NCBI GenBank assembly: GCA_043228905.1
Contig: JBHGNT010000016.1
Location: 6,386,001-6,450,000, forward strand
DNA length: 64,000 bases
Reading direction: 5' to 3'
Source: Azolla caroliniana
Lineage: Eukaryota > Plantae > Polypodiophyta
Part shown: in pieces, positions 25,021 to 36,234 of the stretch
Numbering within the stretch: the stretch's first letter is position 1
Layout: the number at the start of each line of letters is the position of its first letter
Notes under the pieces: model-generated
The model's input: the letters and a program-made list of their open reading frames with translations, nothing else
Told to the model about the DNA's origin: nothing
Databases searched by the model: none
Program-made: the position numbers and the translations under genes

Positions 25021-27995
25021 TTATTCAGGGGGACACATGGCGTCCTCCGTGGTGATCTCCCGAGTCTCGTTTGTGCCGTGTGGCTCAGTAAACGGATTGG
25101 GTGGTGTAGTCCCTCGATATGGTCGAAGTCGAAAACCATTGGCCCAGCTTTTGACTGTGTCACCGGCGAGTGTGCCGAGCTGGAACGTCCCGTTGAACTC
25201 GTCGATAATCCAGAATGGACCGGTCCACCGAAATCTTAATTTTCCCGGCATTGACCCGAGTCGTGTTTGGAAAAGAAGAACTGGTTTGCCGATGGTGAGC
25301 TCCTTCTCCAGCCCATGTCGATGTCGATCCACGAAATCCTTGCGTTGCCGTTTGCGTTGTTCGAGTTGGGTCATACTCTCTATCCTATCTTCCCCGAGTT
25401 CGAGGAGTTTTTCCAGCTGGTATTGCTCGGATTCGGCCTCGGGGAGCCATGCTTTGACTTGAACTCGGAGGCTCAGGATCTGGAACTCGACTAGCATTAC
25501 GGCTTCTAACCCGAACGCCATTCGAAAGGGGCTCGATTGGATGCTTGTTTTGAAAGTCGTACGATACGCCCACAACGCGCTCTGGAGTTTGTCATCCCAA
25601 TCGGTCCTGTTTTCATTGACGATCTTCTTCAGTATGGTTTGGAGGATTTTATTGGTCGATTCTGCCAAGTCGTTCGCCTGCGGGTAGTATGGTGTGCTTT
25701 TCTTGTGCACCACCGTGTAGTGGTGTGTAAGCTCACGTACTATGTGATTGATGAAGTGCCCACCTTGGTCACTAACAAGCTCGATTGGACATCCGTAACG
25801 GCACCAAAGGTGCTCGTACACAAATTTAGCCGTGGATGCCGTTGTGTTATCTCGGAGTGCCTTAGCCTCGACCCATTTGGTGCAGTAATCCGTGGCAACG
25901 ATAATATACCTATTCCCTGTTCGGGCCGTGGGTGGTTTGAAAGGGCCTACAAAATCCAAACCCCATTTTTGAAATGGGTCCAACGGAAGAATCGGTTGGT
26001 GTGGCATCCGTGACTGTTCCATTGGTTGCCCCAGACGTTGACACAAATCTCATTGCTGACAAAACTCGTGAGCTTCTTTCTTCATTGTCGGCCACCATAA
26101 TCCACTTTGCCAAACTTTCCTTGCCGTGGAATCCCGGCGTAGTGTCCCCCAGCTACTCCCTGGTGGGCTTCCTGAAGAACGACGTTCTTCTCGAATTGCC
26201 GAATCGCTCGGCGCCATATCCCGTCCGAGCCTTTGTGGTAGAGAATGTCCGAGACGAGGCAAAAATTCCGGCTACGCACTGCTAGGCGTTTTCTCGTGTC
26301 ATGTGCTCGGGAGGTACACTGGTATTGAGAAAATGGGTCATCTCCGTGATCCATTCATCTCCGTTATCGTCTGGTACCGTGGTCAGGTTAAATAGGTTGG
26401 CGTCCGGTAGCTCGTCGTACGTTGTTTTCTCCAATTCTCCTGACTCAAGACGGCTCAAGTAGTTGGCGACAGCATGTTGTACCCCGGGTCGATGCTGAAT
26501 CTGAAAATCAAACACTTGTAGTAGGAGCATCCACCGAGCCAACCGTCCGGTGAGGGCTTGTTTATTGACCAAATAAAGAAAGGCTGAGTGATCCACGTGA
26601 AAGGTAAATTTTCGGCCCAAGAGGTAATGCCGAAATTTATTGATGCTATAAATCATACCGAGGGCCTCCCGCTCGTTGGTGGAGTAATTCTTTTCCGCGG
26701 TCGAGAGCCGTCGGCTGGCGTAGTACACAGGCCTATACCAATTCGGGGGTGTGCATTGCATCAGGGCACTTCCGATGACGATGTCCGAAGCATCTACGAA
26801 GACATGAAACGGTTCGGACCAAACCGGAGACTGGACCATCGGGGCATGTGACAGCATTCGTTTCAAGGTCTGATAGGCCGTGTCCTCGACTGACGTCCAT
26901 TGGAAAGGAAGGCGATGGACTGCCGCGTGCAAGGGTGTCACGAAATCGGCCAGGTGTCGTATCATTCGGCTGTGCCACCGGATCTGTCCCAAAAAACGGC
27001 TTAGTGCCTTATCGTTCGAGGGTGCGGTGGCATTCAGGATTGCCTTTACTTTATCTGGGTCCATAACGATGCCTTCTTGACTGACAATGTGGCCGAGAAG
27101 GTTGCCGCTGGTGACTAAGAACGTGCATTTCGCCGGGTTTAAACTCAATCAAGCTTGGCGACATCGGTCCAGGCAGAGTCGTAACTGGGTCATGTGTTCC
27201 CGTCGATGGCCATACACGTCGAAATCGTCGAGAAAGACTTGCATGAACGTCGGGATGTAGTCATGAAAGATTTCGGTGATGATGCGCTGGAACGTAGCCG
27301 GCGCCGTTTTTAGACCGAACATCATAACTTCTGCTACAAAAACACCCCATTCCGTGATGAAAGCGGTTTTCTCCTGATCCTCCGGGTGCATTCTTATCTA
27401 GTTATAACCGCTGAACCCGTTGAGGAAACTGTAGCATTCGTGGCCAGCTACCGTGTCGAGGACGCTATCCGTGAATGGGAGAGGGAAACCGTCGGTGACT
27501 GTTGCCGCGTTAAGCTTCCGATAGTCGATGTAGACGCGGATTTTTCCGTTCTTCTTTGGGACCACTACGATCGGGCTCAACTATGTAGCCCGTTTAATAG
27601 GGCGAATGAAGCCCACTCAGAGTAGTTTGTCAATTTCCTCTTTGACTTTAGCGGCGTAGTTGGGGTTCATCCTGTAGCACCTTTGCTGAACCGGCCGAGT
27701 GTCGGGTAAAATGTGAATTTGATGTTGGTAGTATTGAGGATCTAGCCCCTTCATATCGGTGTAAGACCAAGCGAAAACATCCTGGTACTCGGTGAGTAAT
27801 TTTACGCGGCATGCCCGTTCGCCGGTTGGTAGATTATTGGCAATTTGTACCGTACAGGGATTCTCGTCCGAACCGAGGTTTATTGTTTCCAGGGTTGATG
27901 CTTTCACTCGTTGTGAAATGGCGAGTTCGCGTTTGAAAGCCTCCCGAGCATGACGTAGCTCGGCAACTGTGGTTGCATCTGGTTCATCCTGGGGT
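25021..27995 (-). pseudogene. Non-chromovirus Gypsy pol (RT-RH-IN), disrupted
   Basis: SPIVVVPKKNGKIRV..DYRKLN, FGLKTAPATFQR, FLDDF, VFVDAS, NYSTNERE, PFQKWGLDFVGPF, YYPQAN, WTGPF. Confidence 0.92.
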
Positions 27996-28121
27996 TGTCA
28001 GGAACTCTATTAAGGCAGAGAAGGAATTAGTACTAAAAGAAGGATTAGTACTATTGTTGGGGAATAGTACTAAGACAGAGAAGGATTAGTACTATGAGAG
28101 GTGTCGAACTTTGAGAGAAGG

Positions 28122-28164
<43 letters not shown>

Positions 28165-28454
28165 TGATGCGAAAGATATATGTATTATATGAAGGAAGAT
28201 ATACAACAGTAGTTAGAAGGCTTAAGACTGGCGTTGAACCGATTTGGTTCGAACTAATGCCTTGCGCCTCCTTTTATAGTGTCTTCAGGAATACTCCTGA
28301 AGTTTCTAGAATGTTCCAGAGAAATCTGGAATATACATCAATTTCCCAATAAAACCTAAATGAAAATAATATCCTTCAAATTACAATTCATAACCTAATG
28401 GTAAAGTCTCGACCCGTGTAACAAAAGGTTATGGGTTCGAGTCTAGTTATGACA
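27996..28454 (-). repeat. 3' LTR of chromovirus B
   Basis: tgtcagg...ttatgaca, adjacent to PPT AAAGGGGGGATAG. Confidence 0.96.
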
Positions 28455-31400
28455 CTATCCCCCCTTTAAAACGACGAGTTCCACGAGTCGTTTTGGATTG
28501 AGGACCCGGTTTCTCGGGATATCGTCGATGGAAGTCTTCTAGAAGAGCACGAGCATTGGTCACATTCTCGATCGGTTCCCAAGTACGCTCGCTGGGACTA
28601 TATCCTAGCCAATCGACTAGATAGTAGAGCTTGTTGCGAACAATCTTGGAATCGAGGATGGCAGCGACCTCATACTCAGGTCCATCTTCGAGCTCGATAG
28701 GAGGTGGTGGTTGTATAGTACGTCCTGGGATAGTGCTCTCGTGATAGGGTTCGAGGAGAGAACTATGAAACACCGGATGTATCCGAAGTTGCGGAGGTAG
28801 CTCGAGACGAAAAGCGACATCATTAATCTTCCCGATAATACGGAAAGGACCTAATCGCCGATAATCCAACTTCTCACATGGGCGAGTAGTCTTGATGTGT
28901 CGTCGTAGCAGCCACACCCGATCTCCAATGTTAAAACTGGATGGAAGTCGATGACGATCTGCGTAGTCCTTGTGTGATTGTTGAGCTTGCTGGAGTTGAG
29001 TAGATAAATCCGCTTGTATCTTGCGTAACCGCTCCAAACGATCCTCCGCGCAAGGATTTGTGGACACTTCTGGGGTTTCAAGGACACACCACCGGGGATG
29101 ATATCCCGTATAAGCGTAGAATGGCGTGACTTTAGTCGATGCGTGGATAGCGTTATTATAGGCAAATTCGGCGAACTGAAGAATATCTGCCCAGTCATTC
29201 TGATGATAGTTGAGAAAGCACCGCAGATACTGCTCCAGTGTTTGATTTGTTCGTTCGGCTTGACCGTCGGTTTGTGGGTGGTAGCCGGAGGAGAGGTTAC
29301 AAGTGACCTTCAGCATTTTAAAAAGGTGCTTCCAGAATTTTGACACAAACTGGGGTCCACGATCGCTGATGATATTATCAGGGAGTCCATGATGCCGACA
29401 TACTTCCCGCATGACAATTTCGGCGGTGTCTTCACTAGATATTTCTTTAGTACAAGGTAAGAAATGAGCCATCTTCGTATATCGATCCACCACTGTGAGA
29501 ATCGCACTGAATCCCTTAGAGACTGGAATATCTGTAATGAAGTCAAGAGCAATGGATTGCCATGGCTTGCTTGGAATTGGTAATGGTTCTAATAAACCAT
29601 ATGGATGATGTCTTGGCATTTTCGCTCTGCAGCATGTATCGCAAGTCCGAACAAAATCTTCGACAAATTGTCGCATACGGGGCCACCAGAATGATCGTTG
29701 TACTAAATCTAATGTTTTAGTACTACCAAAATGTCCTGCTGTATATGTGTCATGGCAATTTTGTACTACTCGAAGGCGGCAAGAACCATTAGGAACATAC
29801 AAAAGTTCTTTAAAGAAGAGTAATCCATCACAGTATTTGAATTGCCGATAATCCGTACCTGGTGATTGTGATTGTGAACATGACGCTCGAGAGGGGTCAA
29901 TTTGTGCTAGTATAGCTTGGGCGAAAGCGTCAGTCTTCAAGTCCTCACGTATAGTATTGGTAATGTCGGAATCCACGGGCATGTCAAAGACTTGTGCTGC
30001 TTGCAGTCGTGCTGGACCCAAGATTACTTGCTTCTGGTTATCGAAAGCTGGCTCACCGGGACGTGGTGTTAGATACGAACGCCGTGATAATGCATCTGCC
30101 TTCCCTTGGTGCTTCCCCGGACGATATGTAATTTTGAAGTCGAAGCGTGTGAGGAAGTGGGCCCACCGAGCTTGACGTCGATTCAGTACACGAGCATCTT
30201 GAAAGTAGGCAAGGTTCTTGTGGTCACTGAATACAGTGACCTGATGAGGAGATCCCTCCAGGAAATGCCTCCATTGCATAAAAGAATCAACTATTGCTAA
30301 TAGCTCTTTATCATGAATTTCGTAGTTGATTTCGGCGGCGTCAAACTTACGGGAGTGGAAAGCCACAGGATGTAGCTTCTCGTCGTTACCCTGTTGTGAC
30401 AGAATGCTCCCCAATGCGAAATCCGATGCGTCAGCTTCGATAATGAATGGTTTTTCCGGATCCACATGACCTAAAATTGGAGCTGATGTAAACGCCTTCT
30501 TAAGACTCTCGAAAGCCATGTCCGTCTCTTTAGACCAAATGAATGATTGTCCCTTCCTGGTGAGCTGTGTGAGAGGCAGCACAATTTTTGAGTAATTTTG
30601 TATGAACTTCCAGTAAAAATTTGCAAAGCCTAGGAAGCATTGCACATCCCGCACCGAACGCGGAGTGTGCCATTCTATCACCGTTTTGACCTTGGCTGGG
30701 TCCATAGATATGCCTTCTGAGGAGATGACATAGCCGAGAAATTCCACTTGGTTGCACCCGAAACTACATTTCTCTAACTTTGCATACAGACCATGTTCTC
30801 GAAGTCGTTTTAGTACTAATAGTACATGAGAATCATGTTCTTCTTGGGTCTTTGAATAAACCAGTAGATCATCCAAATAGATGATCAAAAAATCATCCAA
30901 GAGATCTCGAAATATATCATTCGCCATGTGCTGGAAGACTGCTGGCGCATTAGTGAGTCCGAACGGCATGACCGTATACTCGAAGTGCCCATATCTGGTG
31001 CGAAACGCGGTCTTCCATTCATCTCCTGGTCGGATCCGTACGAGGTTATAGGCTCCTCGTAAGTCGATCTTCGTGAAGAACCTGGCACCGTTGATCCGTT
31101 CTAAAAGACTTGAGATAAGGGGAAGAGCATACCTATTTCTTACTGTGACCTTATTCAAGCCACGATAATCTACAACGAGTCGAAGCGAGCCATCTTTTTT
31201 CTTGACGAAGAAAATGGGTGCGCTGGCTGGAGATTTCGAATGCCGAATGAAACCGTTCTCCAAATTCTCCTCTATATAGGCTCGAAGGACTTCTAGCTCG
31301 GTTGGTGACAAATTGTAGATCGGCCCCCATGGCGGCTCTTTTCCCGGTTGTAAGTCGATGGCGCAATCGTACGGCCGATGATGAGGAAGTGTGTTGGCTT

Positions 31401-32036
31401 GTACTTTATCGAACACATCAGCATACTGACGATACTTCTCGGGAAGTTGAACGGTGGACTCCTCTTTGGTGGTGCTGGAGGGTTGTACTGATATTGCGAA
31501 GAGAAACATTTCCTCCTTGCGCCCTTCCTCACGCAACTGACGTAGCGAAATGGTTGCAACCTTCTGGGTAGATCCTTGGGTTTGTCGCAACCAGATTTCC
31601 CTTGTCCTCCAATCTATGTCTGGGTTATGTAACTCGAACCATGGTAATCCTAAAACTATGGGATGTTCTGGAATACTAATAATATTAAATGATACTACAC
31701 ATGTTAAGTTATCTAGGACAATATTAACGGGTTCCGACTCTTCTATGATATTACCAGAAGCAATGGGACGACCATCAATGACTACTACTGAGGCTGGACA
31801 TGGGAGCTTTCTGAGAGATATCTGATGAGCTCGGGCAAAATTCCTATCCATGAAGCAAGAATTAGCTCCGGAATCTAGAAGGGCTAAGGTATGTACTGGA
31901 GGGGTACTTTTAGTACTAACTGCTACTTGGGCTACGAACACATCACTAACTTGCTTAGAGGGAATGGAACCACTAATGGGCTGCACAGATCTAGGGCTGT
32001 CCAACCAAACGGCTCCTATTTTGGCTGGACTTAGTC
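28447..32036 (-). CDS. Chromovirus B pol polyprotein (PR-RT-RNase H-IN-chromodomain), intact, -1 frame relative to gag
   Basis: ALLDSGA, IIYLDDLL, EADAS, HxxxxxxH..CxxC, DFIT/SDRG/GQAE, GPF, and chromodomain EYEVAAILDSK..YYLVDWLGY..TWEP. Confidence 0.96.
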
Positions 32037-32043
32037 GTTTAAC
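31999..32043 (-). promoter_or_regulatory. -1 programmed ribosomal frameshift signal (G_TTA_AAC plus stem-loop)
   Basis: Heptamer at 32043-32037, 6-nt spacer, 11-bp stem GTCCAGCCAAA/TTTGGTTGGAC; a -1 shift enters the pol frame; identical in element A at 15818-15862. Confidence 0.8.
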
Positions 32044-33200
32044 TCTTCTTCTAATTGGCTAAGGACATCAAATTTGTTTGCGAGATTCGGACTATTAGTA
32101 CTATTAGGACTATTATGACTATGAGGACTATCAGAGATTCCTACTGAAATAGACTCGGGTTTAGTATAGTCAGAACTAACAACGACTTGGTTTACCTGCC
32201 TTCTTGGTCTATGGGGACAGTTTATCGCGATATGCCCTGGTCCACCGCAATAAAAGCATAATCGGTTTGTTCGGCGTCGTTGCTTTTCCTCCTCCGATAG
32301 CGGCCCACGACGACGTGTAGTGTCAATTTCCATTGGAGTTGGAGTACTTACTGGAGGCGCATTATGTGACTCCCTTTGAAAAGGTTTTGCTACCACTGAG
32401 GCATAGGTAGGCTCGGATCTTGCCCTCGGCATCTGAAATTGTCGTTCTGAACGTCGCTCGAAGAGGCGGTTGTCACATCTGACCGCTCGACTGATTGCTT
32501 CTGTTAATGATTTTGGCTCTTCAGGGAAAGTCAAGAGTAAATCCTTGACATCGTTGCGTAGACCATAGCGGAACTGCTCCATCAATGCTTGATCATCCCA
32601 GGGGATATCGGCGGCGAGTAGGCGGAAATCTGCAGCATATGCGGAGGCTGGACGGTCACCTTGGCGTAATCGCCGGATTTTGTTGATTGCAGTCCTTATG
32701 CTGTCAGTATCTCCAAAACATGCTTTAAACTCACTTATGAATTCTTCAAAATTATTTAGTACTGGAGATTCCTTTTCTAGTAGCGGAGCGAACCATGCTA
32801 ATGCTGAGCCATTTAACAACGTGCCTACTAAACCCACTCGTGATGCATCGGTGGGATATCGGGACGGATGCATTTGAATAACTAACCGTACCTGGTTAAG
32901 AAACCCTCTAAACTGCGATCGCGTTCCATCGAACTTCGTGGGAAGGCCAATCTTGGGTTCTTTATGAATCCCTTGTGCTCCGTGCCCTTGTTGTTGCATT
33001 GCTACGATGGTTGCTTCGAGTTGTTGCACGCGTAACGCAAGTTCCCCATGCTGTTGTTGCGTTTGCTGCTTTTCTAAGGAAATTTGCTGAAGATCCCCCA
33101 ACAAGCGTTGATTTTCTTGTTCCAAAGCATGAAACTTCTCTTTCAAGCATTGAAATTCCGAGAAAACGGATTGATACTCTTCAGCGCTAACGGTGGCCAT
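32031..33200 (-). CDS. Chromovirus B gag
   Basis: 389-aa ORF: N-terminal coiled coil, PTKFDG, LRQG, PMEID, CFYCGGPGHIAINC. Confidence 0.95.
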   Translation of the reverse strand: MATVSAEEYQSVFSEFQCLKEKFHALEQENQRLLGDLQQISLEKQQTQQQHGELALRVQQLEATIVAMQQQGHGAQGIHKEPKIGLPTKFDGTRSQFRGFLNQVRLVIQMHPSRYPTDASRVGLVGTLLNGSALAWFAPLLEKESPVLNNFEEFISEFKACFGDTDSIRTAINKIRRLRQGDRPASAYAADFRLLAADIPWDDQALMEQFRYGLRNDVKDLLLTFPEEPKSLTEAISRAVRCDNRLFERRSERQFQMPRARSEPTYASVVAKPFQRESHNAPPVSTPTPMEIDTTRRRGPLSEEEKQRRRTNRLCFYCGGPGHIAINCPHRPRRQVNQVVVSSDYTKPESISVGISDSPHSHNSPNSTNSPNLANKFDVLSQLEEELND

Positions 33201-33283
33201 GGGATGAAGGAAAAGGGAAATAAGAGACTAGTAGGAAAGGAGGGAGGCAGAAGGAAGAGGGAGAGAAAAGACCAGACAGGCAC

Positions 33284-33298
33284 ACCAAATCGGTTCAA
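33284..33298 (-). promoter_or_regulatory. Self-priming PBS of chromovirus B (complementary to LTR 33535-33549)
   Basis: Sense PBS TTGAACCGATTTGGT is the exact complement of ACCAAATCGGTTCAA, which begins 30 nt downstream of TATAAAAG; no TGG tRNA-type PBS is present. Confidence 0.85.
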
Positions 33299-33300
33299 AC

Positions 33301-33426
33301 TGTCAGGAACTCTATTAAGGCAGAGAAGGAATTAGTACTAAAAGAAGGATTAGTACTATTGTTGGGGAATAGTACTAAGACAGAGAAGGATTAGTACTAT
33401 GAGAGGTGTCGAACTTTGAGAGAAGG

Positions 33427-33465
<39 letters not shown>

Positions 33466-33755
33466 TGATGCGAAAGATATATGTATTATATGAAGGAAGA
33501 TATACAACAGTAGTTAGAAGGCTTAAGACTGGCGTTGAACCGATTTGGTTCGAACTAATGCCTTGCGCCTCCTTTTATAGTGTCTTCAGGAATACTCCTG
33601 AAGTTTCTAGAATGTTCCAGAGAAATCTGGAATATACATCAATTTCCCAATAAAACCTAAATGAAAATAATATCCTTCAAATTACAATTCATAACCTAAT
33701 GGTAAAGTCTCGACCCGTGTAACAAAAGGTTATGGGTTCGAGTCTAGTTATGACA
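33301..33755 (-). repeat. 5' LTR of chromovirus B
   Basis: Matches 27996-28454. Confidence 0.96.
33572..33632 (-). promoter_or_regulatory. LTR promoter: TATA box plus extended heat-shock element (also at 28271-28331)
   Basis: TATAAAAG at 33579-33572; TTCagGAAtaCTCctGAAgtTTCtaGAAtgTTCcaGAGaaATCtgGAA at 33585-33632. Confidence 0.8.
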
Positions 33756-33760
33756 GGGGT

Positions 33761-36048
33761 GGTGACTCCTCCGTGACTTCCTCGTCTTTGGATGGCTCGA
33801 TGGTTGGTAAGGCATTGATTTCGAAGAGAGAGATGATCGTGGGATGATCCTCTAGGAAGTCATCGACCTCCTCATCGGCCAACCCGTCGAGCATATGGAC
33901 CCCTTCCGCGTATAACAGCGAAGTGTTGAGGGCGATGGGGACTCGTTCTTCAGTGATGATTCGGACTTTTGTCTTTCCTCTTCGGAACGAGATTATGTTG
34001 TGTTGCCAATGTTGCTTGATATTCGTTGTACGTAACCATGGTCGACCTAGTAACATTGGGTAGGCGCCTTGTGTCTCCAGTCGTAGTACAACGGCCGAGA
34101 TCGTGAACATGTGGCCTCCGAGTGTGAAGTCGAGATGGCGGATTAAACCAATGGGGCGAACGGAGCGGGTGTCGGCCATCCGAAGCCAAACGGGGCATGG
34201 TTCCCATTGATTCAAGCCTAGGTTGAGACACGTTGACTCACTAATAACGTTTACGCCGGATCCGTCGTCGATGATGAAGCCGTGCAGGTCTTGTCCCTTA
34301 ATGATGATTCGCACGGCTGGGTTCTGAGAATCCATGAGTGGTGGACCGGTTCCTGCTTCGGTGAGGTGTACCGGTGGTGTCACGGCCTTAGTATTGGCCT
34401 GGAGTGCCGCCAGGGTGTCCCGAAATCTCGGCATGAGTGGTAGCAGTTTATGTAGGGGCAGCGAGATGCGGGAGTTGGTAAGAACATCCCATAGCTGGTC
34501 GTCCTCCGACGACGTGGATGGTGCCGGGGTTTGTGGTACTTCACTGGGCCCGTCCCTCATGTCAGTTTGCATGCGTACGACATTATTTTTATTGGTCGTG
34601 TCGACCCATTCTTTTGCTGCCTATCGTACGTCATCCTGGATTTGCCACTGAGTAGTCTGCACTTTACTCCGGGTAGTGACTGTTTGAACATCGACCATGA
34701 TACTGTTCACCGCAGGTGCCTTGCCACGGTTGGTTGTCGGACATTGCGTGGCGTAGTGGCCTGGTTGATTACATTTTAAACATGTCACGTTGGCCGAGCT
34801 GCTGGTGTCCGCTCGGTCTGTGTGTGGAAGCTATTGTTGTTGATTCTCAGCCTCGTTTGGTGGTGGGTTGTTCCGAGGTGCGTTAGAGTTGCGCTGGTCA
34901 TGTTGAGGAGCGTCCCGTCGGCGGTTGTGATTAGGTCTTCTATTGTTGCGTGTGTTGCGGTTGCCGTTTCGCCGATCCATGCGTGAGTTCCTTCGGTCAT
35001 ACCGATCATCGCAATCGTCATCGTATCGAGCATAATCGTCGTGTCGGTCATCGCGATAATAATCACGGCGATTATCACGTTGGTAGTCGTCGTTTCGGCG
35101 CCATCGATCCGGGGATCTCGGTTGGTCGTTATCCTAGTCTCGGTAGATATATCGCTCGTCCTGTCGAGAGTATGTATTTCGTGGCTCGATCTGGCGGACC
35201 GGTGCCGCCGTTGTGCGGTTCAGCATATTATATTCGCACTGCTCGATCGTGTGAGCTCGAGACTGACAGATCGGACACTGTGGTCGGTGGGGACATTCGA
35301 GGGCCAGGTGCCCTGATCCTGAACACGTAGTGCATTGGAGGGCTTGGCGAAAGCGATTGTCCTCTTGGGGAAGAGCGTTTTGCAAGGATGTCATCGAGAA
35401 AGCCGTGTCGTGCTGGTTCCGATCGAGGGTGAGAACGCGCGCTATGACTTGTTCGATAGTATGGTTGGCGAAATTTGTAAGTGCGAGAGTCGTTCGTAGA
35501 GGCTCTCTTAAACTGGATAGGAAAGTGTCCGGTATATGTTGTGCCGAGACATCATCGGCCACTTGTCTGTAGAGATCCTGGAACCGGATCGTGAACTGCG
35601 CGACCGTTTCGTGCAGTTCCTGGCATATAGAGAAGAATTGCCGGAACAGTTCCCGTTTAGGCACCTCGCGATGAAAAAGTTCAAGGAACTTTGTGCGCAC
35701 GATTTGGAAAGTGGTGGCCTCTCCTATTTCGAGGCGAGAGTACCATCGTGCGGCCGGTCCATCGAGGGAGAGTGTGAACTCGGCAATCTTCGAGGCATCG
35801 ATTTCGGCCGGCGTGAGGCGGTGCGTGGAGTGGTTAGCCTGCCACGTGGATATGAAGGCACGGACGTGTGACTCCGCATCTAGTTCGTCGGTATATCGTG
35901 GGTATGGGTACGGCATGATGTCGTATTGTGGGTCTTCTGGTAGCACCGGAAAAGGGTTTAGTTCCGGTTGATTGACCTCCGAAGGGCTCGACGGGGGTTC
36001 TTGTGGTGAATCAACTCGCGATCGAGTGTCCGGTGGCGAGGATTGCAC
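33761..36048 (-). pseudogene. Non-chromovirus Gypsy gag and protease, disrupted
   Basis: LSLDGPAARWY capsid-like region; CCHC knuckles CTTCSGSGHLALEC, CPICQSRAHTIEQC and CLKCNQPGHYATQC; protease IIDDGSGVNVI...MLLGRPWL. Confidence 0.88.
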
Positions 36049-36221
36049 TGGACAAGCCCCCGATTGATCGGGAAAGGATTGGTCAGTGACCGCCGAGTCG
36101 GAAGTTCCTTCGATTGGCTCAGGGCGTCGGGCGGGTGGCCGAGACCTCGTGGTGCGAGAGGGCGCCGTAACGGCGGCTGGTGGTTACCTTCAACGAAGTT
36201 CGCTGTGCACTCACAGCTGTA

Positions 36222-36234
36222 ACCGGGCGTGCCA
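36222..36234 (-). promoter_or_regulatory. Primer binding site, tRNA-Arg-like
   Basis: TGGCACGCCCGGT 5 nt inside the 5' LTR; resembles the complement of the plant tRNA-Arg(UCU) 3' end (from memory). Confidence 0.7.

Larger units (their letters stand above)
27996..33755 (-). mobile_element. Ty3/Gypsy chromovirus B (Tcn1/sushi-like), structurally intact and very young; TSD GGGGT
   Basis: LTRs at 27996-28454 and 33301-33755 appear identical except 4 bp of GA repeat; GGGGT at 27991-27995 and 33756-33760; uninterrupted gag and pol. Confidence 0.97.

Noticed and set aside
28101-28352. Duplicated small genes (28101-28352/33462-33653, 19908-20096/46707-46889, 20596-20895/35958-36296)
   Set aside because: They recur only because they overlap paired LTRs.
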